Of a stretch of DNA of 64,000 bases, positions 48,237 through 61,421 are shown piece after piece. The notes beneath the pieces were generated by a model that saw only the letters and a list, made by a program, of their open reading frames with translations, was not told the origin of the DNA and ran no database searches. This stretch comes from Mobula hypostoma. Lineage: Eukaryota. Location of the stretch: NCBI RefSeq assembly GCF_963921235.1, contig NC_086108.1, positions 53,632,001-53,696,000 of the forward strand. The letters run 5' to 3'. Each line of letters opens with the position of its first letter. Position 1 is the stretch's first letter. The position numbers were made by a program, and so were the translations under genes.

Positions 48237-49774
48237 CAGACATCCCACCTCTCCCGGAAGTTCCGGGAGTCTCCCACATATTAATAGTGGCTCCCTGACA
48301 CCCGGAAATTATATACAATATCCCGGAAATTGATTTTTTTGAGAGGGAGAGTGAGAGCGAGCATCCTGATTGTTCTCTCTTCGTGCTAAGTAGACCTATC
48401 AGTTTTCTCTGTGGGTGGGCTTGACACTCGATCTCAAAAATGACAGTGTTGCTCACTGCACTGTTTGCAATAGTGACTTTTCTATCGCCCATGGTGGGTT
48501 AAAATGTAAGAGACATGTTGAGGTGAGTTTAACAGGTGTCATTACAGCATAGCTAACGTTATTTAAACTAGCTGGCTAGCTGCTAAGGATGTCCTACGTG
48601 ATGAGGCCAAACTCCCTGTAGACTTGCTTAAAATTGTAATAGAATAAACATGATAATATAATAGGCCCTTCTTATCCGCGAGGGATTGGTTCCAGGACTC
48701 CTCGTGGATACCAAAAAATGCGGATGCTCAAGTTCCTTATTCAACCTGTCTCAATGCGGTAGACCTTAGGACCCAGCGGAACCCCGGACCTTATTTAACC
48801 TGTCTCAGTGTGGTAGACATTAGGACCCAGTGGTGGAGCTCTGAATCCGTAGTGTTTCTGTGCACGAAAATGATCACGATCGCAATTGAAAATAAAGTGG
48901 AAATAATAAAGCGATCGGAAAGAGGTGAAACGCCATCGGTCATTGGAAAAACATTAGGCTACAGTCGGTGAATGATCGGAACAATTTTAAAGAATGAAGT
49001 GAGAAAAGCCCTGCCCCGATTAAAGCTACAATTATTACTAAGCAACGCAGTGGTTTATTTATTGGGTTTTGGGGTTTCGGGTTTTTGATCCTTCACATCA
49101 ACCCGGCAGGGATGGACAGTGCGCTCGGGAGCGATCTGTCACTGGATCGAACTTGGGAGCTTTTGTTCCCGAGCCCGGTGTTGAACCATACGTTTCTTAA
49201 GTGTTTTATATGCATAGAAAGGTAAAATGTATAGTATATACTAAGACAAACGTCTGACTAACTGATACTAAATAATACCGGATGTACCTGTTCCAACTTA
49301 CTTAGTAAGAGAACTTGCGTTTTTTTTTTCGATCCCGATCTACGATAACCTACGCACATCCTCCCATATACTTTGAATGATCTCTAGATTACTTTTAATA
49401 CCTAATACAATGTAGATGCTATGTAAAATAGTTGTTATACTGCATTGTTTAGGGAATAATGCCAAGAAAAAAAAGTCTGTACATGCTCGAACAGCAAGTG
49501 CTGGAAGAGCACTTCCGGGTTTTCTCGATTCGCGGTTGTTTAATTCGCACATGCGGAACTCGAGGATAAGGAGGGCTGACTGTATAATATATGTACATAT
49601 TTTAATGTCACATTTTCTGCATATACCCAACTTGGTTTACAGATTAGACAAAATCACCAAACAAAGTATTATGTACACCCTTGGAGGTCGACCGGGGGTG
49701 GGGGAGGGATATGGGGTTGCAGGGGATGGAGGTGCTACCTCCCTGAAATGAGTTTTTGCAGGGTGGGATGTCTG
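48237..49774. mobile_element. Non-autonomous TIR DNA transposon (probably hAT) containing a Tigger insertion
   Basis: 13-bp TIR CAGACATCCCACC / GGTGGGATGTCTG; flanking direct repeat CCTGTAC (48230-48236, 49775-49781). Confidence 0.75.
48659..49582 (+). mobile_element. Tigger/pogo-family non-autonomous transposon
   Basis: TIRs ~CAGTCAGCCCTCCTTATCC, TA flanks; peptide ITIAIENKVEIIKRSERGETPSVIGKTLGYSR*..GTILKN (~48870-48995) resembles the CENP-B-type HTH of Tigger transposases. Confidence 0.85.
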
Positions 49775-50353
49775 CCTGTACACTCATACTTTTTCATCAG
49801 GGGTTAGCAGCAGGAATCCTGGATAATTTGTAGCCCACGTGGATGTGCATAATGTATCAGATCTGAAAGATCCGAGGCCTGTTGACTCAGTACAGAAATG
49901 ATGTCAAGCTGAGGCCTGCACAGAGAAGATAGTTGGATGCTCGTCAGTGAGTTTATAGTCAATAGTTTTATCCTTTCCCTTATCAGACAGATAACACAGA
50001 TCTATCTCCCAGCAAAAAACAAATGTCAGTAATGAGCAGTTAGTCTCTGCTCCAACTCATCCATTTATAATTGACTTGGGGTTATGATGTTGGAGCACTG
50101 GTTGCTGCAGCAGCAATGAAGAAAAGCCTGTTTGTTTAGGCCCAGGTTGTCTGGTTGTTTCAAATTGTAGCTCGCAATCAGACACCAGCTTCTGTTTATT
50201 TAACTTCTTAGTATATGATAAAGGGACTACTGTTCGGTGTGTACAGAGTTGTTCGGCTTTTTGACCTTTTTCAATTTCGGCATTGCAAGCCCTCTCAGAA
50301 AAAGGAAGAGAGTAGCCTCTAATTGCATTTTGTAGGGTCTTTTTGCAAAAAAG

Positions 50354-53300
50354 TGCTATGTTTTGCAATTCCAGAAACTAACTGAAAGAAAAACATGGGA
50401 GCTGGGATGATTGGGTATGCATAATTTCTCTTTTGGTGAGGCGCTCAGATATGATGTGGTGGTGTAATGACGTATGCCATTCACGTACAATACTTCTTAC
50501 ATATAACCCAGAATGAACTATGTAAATAAAAATGCTTAATCAAACATACATTTACAATATTACTGAAATATTATTGAAATAGTAAATACACAACACTCCT
50601 CCCTGTTTGGGTATGAATTCCAACTCAATATAGATGTACCTCTACTCAAATACCTATACTATACACAAAGTGGTTCAGTTTTGTCCTTAATCTTTGCAAG
50701 TACCCACATTTGATCTCCTCTGTAGTTCTTCGCCATGACTACTCACCTAGGAGTGAAACATCAAACCTTCTTGTTGGAGGAGCCATCAGTTTGTCTCAGC
50801 TGTTTCTCCTGCAGACTCCTTCTGAGACTGGGTTTGTTTGATGAGACCCAAGTGTGAGCACAAGAACGACCAGGAACAGCACAGCTGCTGAGTTGTTGTG
50901 GAGTGTGCTGCATTGTAAAATTGGCAGGCTTCTGATTCAGAGTTAGTACAGTGTGTTCTGCTGACCTTGCTCGCAGTGTGTTCTTGAGACTCCAGACAAA
51001 ACTTTCCGCCAAGCCCTTTGCAGCTGGGTGGTGCAGTGCAGCTGTAGTATACTGTGTACACTTGGCACGTGGCCGAGTGGTTAAGGTGTCGGTCTAGTGA
51101 TCTGAACGTCGCTAGTTCGAGCCTCAGCTGAGGCAGTGTGTTGTGTCCTTGAGCAAGGCACTTAACCACACATTAGTTTGCGACGACATTGGTGCCAAGC
51201 TGTATTGGCCCTAGTGCCCTTCCCTTGGACAACATCGGTGTCTTGGTCTTCCATACAACCTTGCCCAGGCCTGCGCCCTGGAAACCTTCCAAGGTGCAGA
51301 TCCATAGTCTCATGAGACTAACGAATGCCTATTATTATTCATTCTCAGGAATGACTGAAACTGTTCCACAGCAAACTGTGATCCATTGTCACTGACTAGG
51401 TGTTCTGGAACACCAGTCCTTGAGATGAGGCTTTACAACACATCAACAATGTGCAAGGCTATAGTTCAGGCTATTGGAAACACTTCTGGCCACCTTGCAG
51501 CTGCATCCACTATCACCTAGAAATTTGTGCCCATGAATGGTCTGGAAAAGTCCACCTGAATCCTCCACCAGGTCAATACAGGCCGTTTCCGGGGATAGAG
51601 AGGCACTTCTCTTGGTATCTTCTGGACATGTTGGCATCCCAAGTGGTACGTGGTAAGCTGTTCGAGCTGCTGATCTTTCCCAGGCCACCAGACAAAGCTT
51701 CGAGCCAATGCTTTCATTTTGATCATGGCTAGATGACCACATGTAGCTCCTCCAACACTTTAGATCTCAGTTCGGATGGTACAACTGTCAATCCCCACAT
51801 AAGGCAACCTCTGTCAAGGGCAAGTTCAGTCCAGACCCAGTAAAAATGGGGGAGCTGGAATTTCTGCTGCACATTCCAGCCACTTTGGGTGGTTATGTAC
51901 CCTAGAGCTGAGATGGTGTGGGATCTTTTCTGGTTTCCCTTTGGGTCATCTCATCTATAATAGGGAGACTTTTGATTCGAATATGTGAGGAGGAATATCC
52001 TCTTTTGTAACTTTTCCAAGAGTAAATGGGACAATCCATCAGCATTTCCATGATTCATCCTTTTGAATTCGCACTTGTAATTGTGTCCTCCAAGAAACAG
52101 AGCCCACCTCGGCATTTGTGCTTCTGCTGGCAGTGGACACCCATCTGTGGATTGAAAATAGACACCAGGGCTGATGATCAGTAATGAGAGTAAGCTGTCT
52201 CCCAAACAAGTACTAGTTGAAACTTTTTACACCCCAAACCAGACTCAAGGCCTCTCTGTCAATCTGTGCATTCTCTTTCTTTGCAGTGGTAAGGAAGTGT
52301 GATGCAAAGGCATTTCCTTCACTCATAACATGTGACATTGGTGCAGCTGCACCATAAGGTGAAGCAGCACAGGCAAGCTTCACTGGATGATGTGGATTAC
52401 AATATGTGAGTACAATGTCTGATGTCACCATTTCCTTTGCCTTTTGGGAAGACACCTGACACTGCATTGTCGAATGCCATTTCTTCCCGATCTACAGTAA
52501 TGAGTTCAAGGGGTGGAGCAGAGTAGCCAGGTTTGACAGGAACCTGTTATAGTAATCGACAAATCCTGAAAAGGACTGCAACTATGACGTGTCCTTTGGC
52601 CTTGTGGCATTCACCACTTGTTGAATTTTCTCAGCACACTTGTGTAATCTTTGTACATCAATATTGTGACTAGAGGGAGTGATGCTTTGACCACAGTAAG
52701 TGATGTTTGGTTTAAATAATTCACACTTGTTGCATTGTGCTCTGAGCCCATAATCTTCTAATCTCTTTTAACACTATCTTGAGATTTTGGAGATGCTCCT
52801 TGTCATTCTCACTGGTGACAACCAGGTAGCATTGAGTGGCTGGGCAGCCTTGCAGCATTTGGTCAATATTCTATTGCCAGAGTGCAGATGGAGAATCTAC
52901 TCCAAAAGTAAGCCTATTATAGCGATAAAACCCCTTTTGAGCGTTTATGGTGAGAAACTCTTTGGATTCTTCTTCATCTTCGTCTGTAGGTAGGCCTCAG
53001 CTAAGTCCACTTTGCTGAACCTTGGAAAGAATTCCTTCAGGCTCCATGTGATCTAGCTCACCGGCTACTTTATCACAGGTTGTATAAGGAACCGGGCAGG
53101 CTTGGTAAAACTTGGATGTGGCATTTTCATTTAACACTATTTTACCCTCAATATGCTTGAGTTTTCCAATGCCGTCCTTGAACACTGCTCTGGCATCACC
53201 CAGTACCTTCTTAAATTTGCTTTCAGTTGACTCCATTGCAGGGGATGCAATGCAAGTGGTGGATGGATTGCCAGTCAAGTTGTAGTTGTTTCAGCCAATC

Positions 53301-54860
53301 ACAGACCAACAATGCTGACCCTTCTGTTTCTACTGCATACAAGCCTAATGTGGCTGGTTAGTTATTGTATTTCACTGTTATGAATGTCACTCCCACAGGA
53401 ATGGTCTTTTCTGCAGTATAAGTTCTTAGCTGGATACCTGTTGGTTTCAGTTGAGTATCTTTGAAATGCTGTTCAAAGTCAATTTGTGGAATGACTGAAA
53501 CAGCCGAGCCAGTGTCCAATTCCATTTTAATTAATTTGCTATTCACTTCTGGTGTAAATCATAGTGGTTGTCTTTCGTTAGTTTTCGCATTGAAAATCTC
53601 AAGGCTGTTCAGTCCTTTGTCACTCTCATCATTATTGCATTTTTCATCAACCGCATGCAGATTAGTGCTCTTTTTGAATATGCAACTTAACTTTTTAGCT
53701 TCTTCTTTTCCCTTTGCAGTCCATTTATTTTTGTCTGCCCAAAATGCTCTTTGTTTATGTCCAACTCTGTTGCACTTTCTGCAAGTTTTGCCTTTAATCC
53801 TACAATGGTCTGGTGTACGTGAGCCCCTGCCAAAATGGTAACAGAAATTATTCGGCCAGACTAGTTTTTGTTTTGACATTGCAATTTTGTTCACACTCAC
53901 TTTCATTCCAGACTGCAACTCAATTGTGTCTCTGTCTGCTGTTTCCATTGATACAGCTATTTCAACTGCTCTTTTAAATGTAAGTTGTGCTTCAGTTAGC
54001 CATTTTTGAATGCTTTCTTGTAAGATTCCACAAACTAAACGTTCTCTCCGTGTACCATTAAGTCCATTACTGAACTGGCAATGCTCAGACAATTTCTGCA
54101 ATTCAGCCAAGTTAGCTGAAATGGACACTCTTCCTTTTGACTCCACTTATAAAACCTAAAGTGTTCTGCAATCAACAATGGTTTTGGTTCTAAATTATTT
54201 TGCATTGCATTCATGGTATAAGCATAGCTCATTTCTACTGATTTGGTTGGAGCAGTTAAACTTCGAAGTAAACTCTATGCTTTTCCACGAATTGCACTCA
54301 GCAAAACTGGCACTCCTTTTGCATTAGCTATTTAATTTGCTTCAAAATACTGCTCAGTACATATAGTATACATTACCCAGTTATTTGTTTTGCATTTGAA
54401 TGTCTTTCTGATGTAGCCAGCCATTTCTGCTTTTTTAAAATGTATGGTTATTATCACCTGGTACTCAATGGTTATGAACCTGTGAATTTTGTCTGATTTC
54501 TGCCTTCTTAAAAAACTCAACCATCTCCATCCCCTTCCGAAGAGAAACTTGCTGCGCTTTTTTCAAAACTTGAACATCTTGTTGCGCTTCAACAATTAGG
54601 TAGTCATGTTGAGTTCATTTTAAAACTTCCTCGTCACCACTGTTATGTTTCGTAATTCCAGAAACAAATTGAAAGAAAAACACAGGAGCTGGGATGTGTG
54701 TGTACACTTAGTTTCTCTTTTTGTGACGTGGTGGTGTAATGACATATACCATTCATGTACTTTGTACATATAACCAGTAATGAATTAAAGAATGCCTAAT
54801 CAAACAATATATTTTCAATATTACAAATATCACAATATCACAAATAGTACATACACTACA
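50354..54860 (-). mobile_element. Ty3/Gypsy LTR retrotransposon, both LTRs present, coding region decayed
   Basis: LTRs 50354-50595 and 54641-54860 (TG..CA), AAAG TSD, PBS TGGTGACGAGG (54629-54639, minus), PPT AGGGAGGAG (50596-50604, minus); gag zinc knuckle (CRKCNRVGH), protease LDTGS, RNase H KLAC.ASPYG, integrase-region KMKALARSFVWWPG in broken ORFs. Confidence 0.95.
51063..51340 (+). mobile_element. tRNA-derived SINE with CORE-like domain, nested in the Gypsy element
   Basis: A box TGGCCGAGTGG (51070-51080), B box GTTCGAGCC (51115-51123), CORE-like TGTGTCCTTGAGCAAGGCACTTAACC, (ATT)n tail. Confidence 0.85.
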
Positions 54861-55402
54861 AAAGGCAGCACTTATTTGAATCAGAAATACAAAATGTCCT
54901 TTAATCAACAAAACTTGGTTTTTCAGTGCTTGTATTTAAAACAAAATGAATTTCTATCTGTTTCTGTGATTAGTTTCTTGGGGATGTTTTCCATGAAAAA
55001 TGCAGTAACTAAAATAAAATATACATTAATAAATCTGAGGGTTTATGAATGTGGAGAGGAAAACCACAGTTCTCAACATGTAGCACAATCGTCTAGCATG
55101 CTTGAAAACAATTGGGTCGACTGACAATGCGGCCCAGAGGTTGCGGTTTTGGGTATGGGGTTGGACCATTCCTCCTGCAATGTACTCTGAGCTTTGTAAT
55201 GCTCATAAATAAGTGGAGAAGCTGAAGCATGCCATGAAAATCGCCAGATATGCTGCCAACATGCACAAACTGGAATTCAGTAATTAGTTTTTGCAAAAGT
55301 CAACCATACATTTTCAAGGATTGATTTTAGCCGTAATGTCCCATGTTGGTTTAGGTCAGTCAGTGCTCTGTACATGACCAGTTCCTGATACGGTGATAGA
55401 AG

Positions 55403-55962
55403 TGTAATGCGCTGAAAAGTTTCACTGCTAGTGTTAGCCTCTCTGTAATGTTTCACTGCTAATGTAATGGTTTCTCTGTAGCAGCAATGTTTGGGTTATG
55501 ACTAGAGATAACGGGGTTTTGGAATGTGCACCATCCAATGAGAGGCATGTTGTTCTTGTGGGTCTGAGGGAAGTGATTTTGCGGTCTTTTGCCAGTGAGA
55601 GATGAGGAGAGAAGATGCGAGTGGAGAGGGTTGGTAGACCGCCAGACAAAGTGGACTTGGAGCGAGGGTCCAAGGGTCCGCGATGCTCAGAGGAGGTTGA
55701 TGGGGAACGAATGGAGGGAACCGTGAGCTCCAACGTGCACACTAGGTGGCTTCATTAAAATGGGCCCTTTTTCTTTTTATTTTCTTTACTAACCCTATGG
55801 TCAGATTAAGAAATATAATGTTCAATCGTTTAATTGTATGTGGTGTACTGTCTGATATTTTGCGGTTGGGATTTGTAACTGGGCAACACATCACTCAGTT
55901 TGGCTGGGCCAGAGGCTGTCTTCCCCTAGACAAATGTGTGCTGGCTGAGCCTGAGGGTTACA
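55403..55962. mobile_element. Solo LTR (560 bp)
   Basis: TGTAA...TTACA termini with 4-bp TSD GAAG (55399-55402, 55963-55966); no evident similarity to the LTRs at 50.4/54.7 kb. Confidence 0.8.
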
Positions 55963-56641
55963 GAAGAATGGTCACAATTGGCTTTTGAGCTGGTAAACTG
56001 GGTAGAAAGGCTGGTTTAAACATTGATCTCTATTTGGGAATGCGTCCGGTAGCTGATCAGTAAAGAGAATGGGAAGGAATACAGGGTGATTTTCAAATGA
56101 AATTATCTGAAGTGTGCTTGTTAGGGAGTGTGCTACAAACGTGTGTGATTCAGAACAGTATGTTCTTTGTTGTTGTTCTCCATTGTTATGTCAGTTTTAC
56201 CATTGTGCTAAAGTGATGCCCACTATCCCTAATAAAACATGGGTGGAGTTAATGCATTTTTGAAATTGTACTTTTACATTATCCCAAAGCATGAAGAAAG
56301 TATTAGCAAGGATTTGTGGTTATAATGGTGGTGAAACTATCAGTATTAACCTTTATTTCTCTGACTCTAACAATTTCTGCCACCTGCAAAGGTGCTGTTA
56401 AAGTGCACAAATTTTATGACATGAAAGCAGGTCATTTGGTCCCTGGAGTCTTGGCCAGCTTTCAAAGCATTCTCATCAATCCCATTCCCCATCTATTCAC
56501 CTGTGACCTATTCTCTCTCAAGTGGCCATCAGTTCTCCCAGATTCTCCCACCAATCATGAGAATCATTGTTTGGAATAGCAAGTGAGACAGCAGGAGCCA
56601 TTTGAAAGCTGCAAATCTCATTGGGAGTCATCCTTATTTGT

Positions 56642-57215
56642 CATAGAAAAGTACAGTACAGACAGGCCCTTCTGTCCATCTAGTCCATGCTGCACCATTT
56701 AAACTGCCTTCTCATTTGACCTGCACTGGGACCATAGCCTTCCATCTATGTACCTATCCAGACTTCTTGCATAACTTGTTCTGGCAGCTCATTCCACACT
56801 CTCACAACCCTCTGAGTGAGAAGATTTCCCCACATATTCTTCTTAAACTTTTCATCTTTCATCCTTAACCCATGACATCTAGTTGTAGTTTCACCCTATC
56901 TCAGTGGAAAAAGTCTGCTTGCATTTACTCTATTTATGCCCCTCATAATTGTATATACCTCTTTCAAATCTCCTCTCAGTCTTCTACATTCCAAGTAATA
57001 AAGTCCTAGCTTATTCAAACTTTCCTTATAACTCGGGTCCTCCAAACCCGGCAACATCCTTGTAAATTTTCTCTTCGTCTTTGAACCATGGTTACATCTT
57101 TCCTGTAGTTAGGTGAGCAAAACTGCACACAATACTCCAAATTAGGCATCACCAATGTTTTATACAATGTCAACACAACTTCCCATCTACTGTCCTCAAT
57201 ACTTGGATTTATTTG
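56642..57215 (-). mobile_element. CR1 3' fragment
   Basis: LYKTLVMPNLEYCVQF..YRKD on minus strand; tail at ~56645. Confidence 0.85.
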
Positions 57216-57312
57216 TGCAAACAAAAAGAAGAGAGGTATAAGCAGAACGGCCATTATGTGAGTGGGCCAGTATTAGGCTTTGGCTAAACTGGCCTCAGTG
57301 AGAACAGGTGGA

Positions 57313-58143
57313 ACCATAGTCATAGTCATACTTTATTGATCCCGAGGGAAGTTGGGTTTCGTTACAGTTGCACCAACCAAGAATAAGGTATAAATATAAC
57401 AATATAAAACAATAAATAATTAAATAATATGTAAATTATGCCAGATGGAAATAAGTCCAGGACCAGCCTATTGGCTCAGGGTGTCTGACCCTCCAAGGGA
57501 GGACTTGTAAAGTTTGATGGCCACAGGCAGGAATGACTTCCTATGACGCTCAGTGTTGCATCTCAGTGGAATGAGTCTCTGGCTGAATGTACTCCTGTGC
57601 CCACCCAGTACATTATGTAGTGGATGGGAGACATTGACCAAGATGGCATGCAACTTAGAGAGCATCCTCTTTTCAGACACCACCGTCAGAGAGTCCAGTT
57701 CCAGCCCCACAACATCACTGGCCTTACGAATGAGTGTGTTGATTCTGTTGGCGTCTGCTACCCTCAGCCTGCTGCCCTAGCACACAACAGCAAACATGAT
57801 AGCACTGGCCACCACAGACTCGTGGAACATCCTCAGCATCGTCCGGCAGATGTTAAAGGACCTCAGTCTCCTCAGGAAATAGAGACGGCTCTGACCCTTC
57901 TTGTAGACAGCCTCAGTGTTCTTTGACCAGTCCAGTTTATTGTCAATTCGTATCCCCAGGTATTTGTAATCCTCCACCATGTCCACACTGATCCCCTGGA
58001 TGGAAACAGGGGTCACCAGTACCTTAGCTCTCCTCAGGTCTACCACCAGCTCCTTAGTCTTTTTCACATTAAGCTGCAGATAATTCTGCTCACACCATGT
58101 GACAAAGTTTCCTACCGTAGCCCTGTACTCAACCTCATCTCCC
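57313..58143 (-). mobile_element. Rex1/Babar-clade LINE 3' fragment
   Basis: ORFs 57777-58145 (WCEQNYLQLNVKKTKELVVD..YKYLG..KKGQSRLYFLRRLRSF) and 57468-57710 (SFLPVAIKLY); (CATAGT)n tail. Confidence 0.9.
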
Positions 58144-60028
58144 ATAGAGCATTACAGCACAGAAACCGGCCTTTTGGCCCTTCTTGGCTGTGCCGAACCA
58201 TTTTTCTGCCTAGTCCAGCGGTCCCCAACTACTGGGCCGCGGACCGGTACCGGGCCGCAAGGCAAGCGCTACTGGGCCGCGAGGAAACGATATGATTTGG
58301 CAATATGAGTCAGCTGCACCTTTCCTCATTCCCTGTCACGCGCACTGTTGAGCTTGAACGTACGCGAGGTCATTACCCGCGTGTCGTCCATGTCAGCGTG
58401 AGAAGGAGATCAACTCCTCGAGTTTGCAAATGACGGCGGGCTGAAAATTATGTTTGCCATAACATCTCTGCCGGCATTCTGGATCAAAGTCAAGGGCGAA
58501 TATCCTGAGATAGCCACGGAAGCACCGAAAACGTTGCTTCCATTTCCAACATATCTCTGCGATGAATGTAACAAAAACTAAATTGTGGAATAGACCGGAC
58601 ATAAGGAACCCCCTTCGAGTATCGCTGTCCCCCATCACCCCTCGATAGGACCGTCTTGTGGCAGGAAAACAAGCCCAGGGCTCCCACTGATTCAGCGATA
58701 TTGGTATGTTGCAATGATTTTATATGTTCATACAGGGAAAATATGTGCTGTGTATTTAATATCCAAACGTTACTTAAAATGTTATGATGCTATTGACTTA
58801 CTTATATAACCATATAACAATTACAGCACGGAAACAGGCCATCTCGGTCCTTCTAGTCCGTGCCGAACGCTACTCTCACCTCGCCCCACCGACCTGCACT
58901 CAGCCCATAACCCTCCATTCCTTTCCTGTCCATATACCTATCCAATTTAACTTTAAATGATAATATCGAACCTGCTTCTGCCACTTCTACTGAGAGTTCG
59001 TTCAACACATATTTCAAGCCCCCCTGTCCTCCCCTGATAATTGACATCGCTATATTCATGCGAGAAAAATATGCGCTGTGTGATTAATATTAAATTTGTT
59101 AGATAAACCCTTTTAGAAACGAAATTGAGTGTATTAGCCACTTATCACCGATATTCCGGTCGTGATTAACAGCGCCCCCCTCCCGAACAGAATCGCCAAA
59201 AACGATTTGTAGCAAAAAACGGCACGTGCACGCATACGCAATCACGCATGCGCACTGGTGCCCGCGCAAGGTTTCATGGTCATTGTAGTCTTTTGGTAAA
59301 CACAACGTATTTGACTGCTACTGTACTCTTGTCCATTGGCAACCATCACCCCCCCACCGCCCCGGTTGGCCGGTCCGCAAGAATATTGTCAATATGAAAC
59401 TGGTCCGCACTGCAAAAAAGGTTGGGGACCCCTGGCCTAGTCCCACTGACCTGCACCTGGACCATATCCCTCCATACACCTCTCATCCATGTACCTGTCC
59501 AAGTTTTTCTTAAATGTTAAAAGTGAGCCTGCATTTACCACTTCATCTGGCAGCTCATTCCACACTCCCACCACTCCCTGTGTGAAGAAGCCCCTCCCCC
59601 AATGTTCCCTTTAAACTTTTCCCACTTCACCCTTAACCCATGTCCTCTGGTTTTTTTCTCCCCTTGCCTCAGTAAAAAAGCCTGCTTGCATTCACTCTAT
59701 CTATACCCATCATAATTTTATATACCTCTATCAAATCACCCCTCATTCTTCTACGCTCCAAGGAATAAAGCCCTAACCTGTTCAACCTTTCTCTGTAACT
59801 GAGTTTCTCAAGTCCCGGCAACATCCTTGTAAACCTTCTCTGCACTCTTTCAACCTTATTAATATCCTTCCTGTAATTTGGTGACCAAAACTGTACATAA
59901 TACTCCAAATTCGGCCTCACCAACGCCTTGTACGACCTCACCATAACATTCCAGCTCTTCTACTCAGTACTTTGATTTATAAAGGCCAATGTACCAAAAG
60001 CTCTCTTTACGACCCTATCTACCTGTGA
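58143..60028 (-). mobile_element. CR1 3' fragment interrupted by the hAT element
   Basis: ORF 59669-59944 (YKALVRPNLEYYVQFWSP); tail continues at 58143-58215 across the TSD. Confidence 0.9.
58216..59434 (+). mobile_element. hAT (Charlie/Buster-like) non-autonomous transposon
   Basis: TIR CAGCGGTCCCCAAC / GTTGGGGACCCCTG; perfect 8-bp TSD GCCTAGTC (58208-58215, 59435-59442); transposase C-terminal remnant DQLLEFANDGGLK..FWIKVKGEYPEIA..LLPFPT.YLC..AQGSH*. Confidence 0.92.
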
Positions 60029-61421
60029 CTGGAGGCTAAAGATGTTGAGCTTTTTGGAATCATTTAGCTGATGTAGAATTTAAGCTTAAGAAGATAGAGC
60101 CAAAGCTATAACAAGTGTAGGCAAGATTGTATTTAAGGCAGTGGAATGTTCCTCGTGTAAACTGTGGGGTGGCTGAGTACCTAACAGTCTCTCTAATGAC
60201 TACATCTGCAAGAAGTGCACCTAACCTCAGCTGTTGACCGACAAGGTCAGGGAACTGGAGCTGGAGGTACAGGTACTCAGGACAATCTGGGAAGCTGAAA
60301 GCATCATAGATGTGTCTTCTACTGAGGTGGTCACTCCCAGAATGCAGCCTTCAGACAGCATATAGATGGAACCATAGAAAACAGCAGCACAGAAAACAGG
60401 CCATTCGGCCCTTCTAGTCTGTGCCGAAACATTATTCCGCTAGTCCCATTGACCTGCACCCAGTCCATAACCCCCAGACCTCTCCCATCCATGTACCTAA
60501 CCAATTTATTCTTAAAACTTAAGAGTGAGCCCACATTTATCATGTCAGATGGCAGTTCGTTCCACACTCCCACCACTCTCTAAGTGAAGAAATTCCCCCT
60601 AATGTTCCTGCTAAACCTTTCCCCTTTCACCCTAAAGAGTCCTCTCTTATTTATCTCTCCTAATCTAAGTGGAAAGAGCCTACTCACATTTACTCTGTCT
60701 ATACCCTCATAATTTTGTAAACCTGTACATGTAAACCTATATATAATATGTGTGACCACCAAGAGAAATAAGAGGAGTAAGCAGTCAGTGCAAGGTTCTT
60801 TTGTGGCCATTTCACTCAGCAAACGATATACCTCATTGGATACCACTGGGGGTGGCGGAATGACCTATCAGGATGCAGCAACAGCAGCCAGGCCAGTGGC
60901 ACGATGACCAGCCATGAGGCTCAGCAGGGAAGGGAAAGACGGGTAGTGTGGTAATGATAAGAGACTCGATAGCTAAGGTGGGGTGGGGGGTGGGGTGGAC
61001 AGGAGATTCTGTGGCTACGAAAACAACACCAGGATGGTGTGTTGCTTCCCAGTTGCTAGGGCCCAGGATATCTCAGAGAAGCAGCAGAAGATTCTCAAGA
61101 GGAAGGGTGAGCAGCCGGAGGTTATGGTGCACATTGGCAACAATGACGTAGGATGAGGTCCTGCCTGGTGAGTATCGGGGGTTGAGGAATAAACTAAAAA
61201 GTAAGATCTCCAAGATAGTAATCTCTGGATTACTCCCAGTGCCACGTGCTAGTCAGGGCAGGAATAGGATGATGGTACAGATGAATGAGTGGCTGTGGAA
61301 GTGGTGCAGAGGGCAGTGTTTCAGGATTTTAGATCATTGGGGTCTCTTCTGGGGTAAGTATGACCTGTCCAAAAAGAACGGGTTACACCTGAACACAGGG
61401 GGACCAATATCCTTACAGGCA

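Noticed and set aside
51063..51135. tRNA gene
   Set aside because: A and B boxes are present, but the sequence continues into a CORE-like SINE body and tail and I could not form a proper acceptor stem.
53559..54146. 195-aa gag ORF as a domesticated gene
   Set aside because: Fragment of a decayed provirus; first zinc knuckle degenerate and flanking frames broken.
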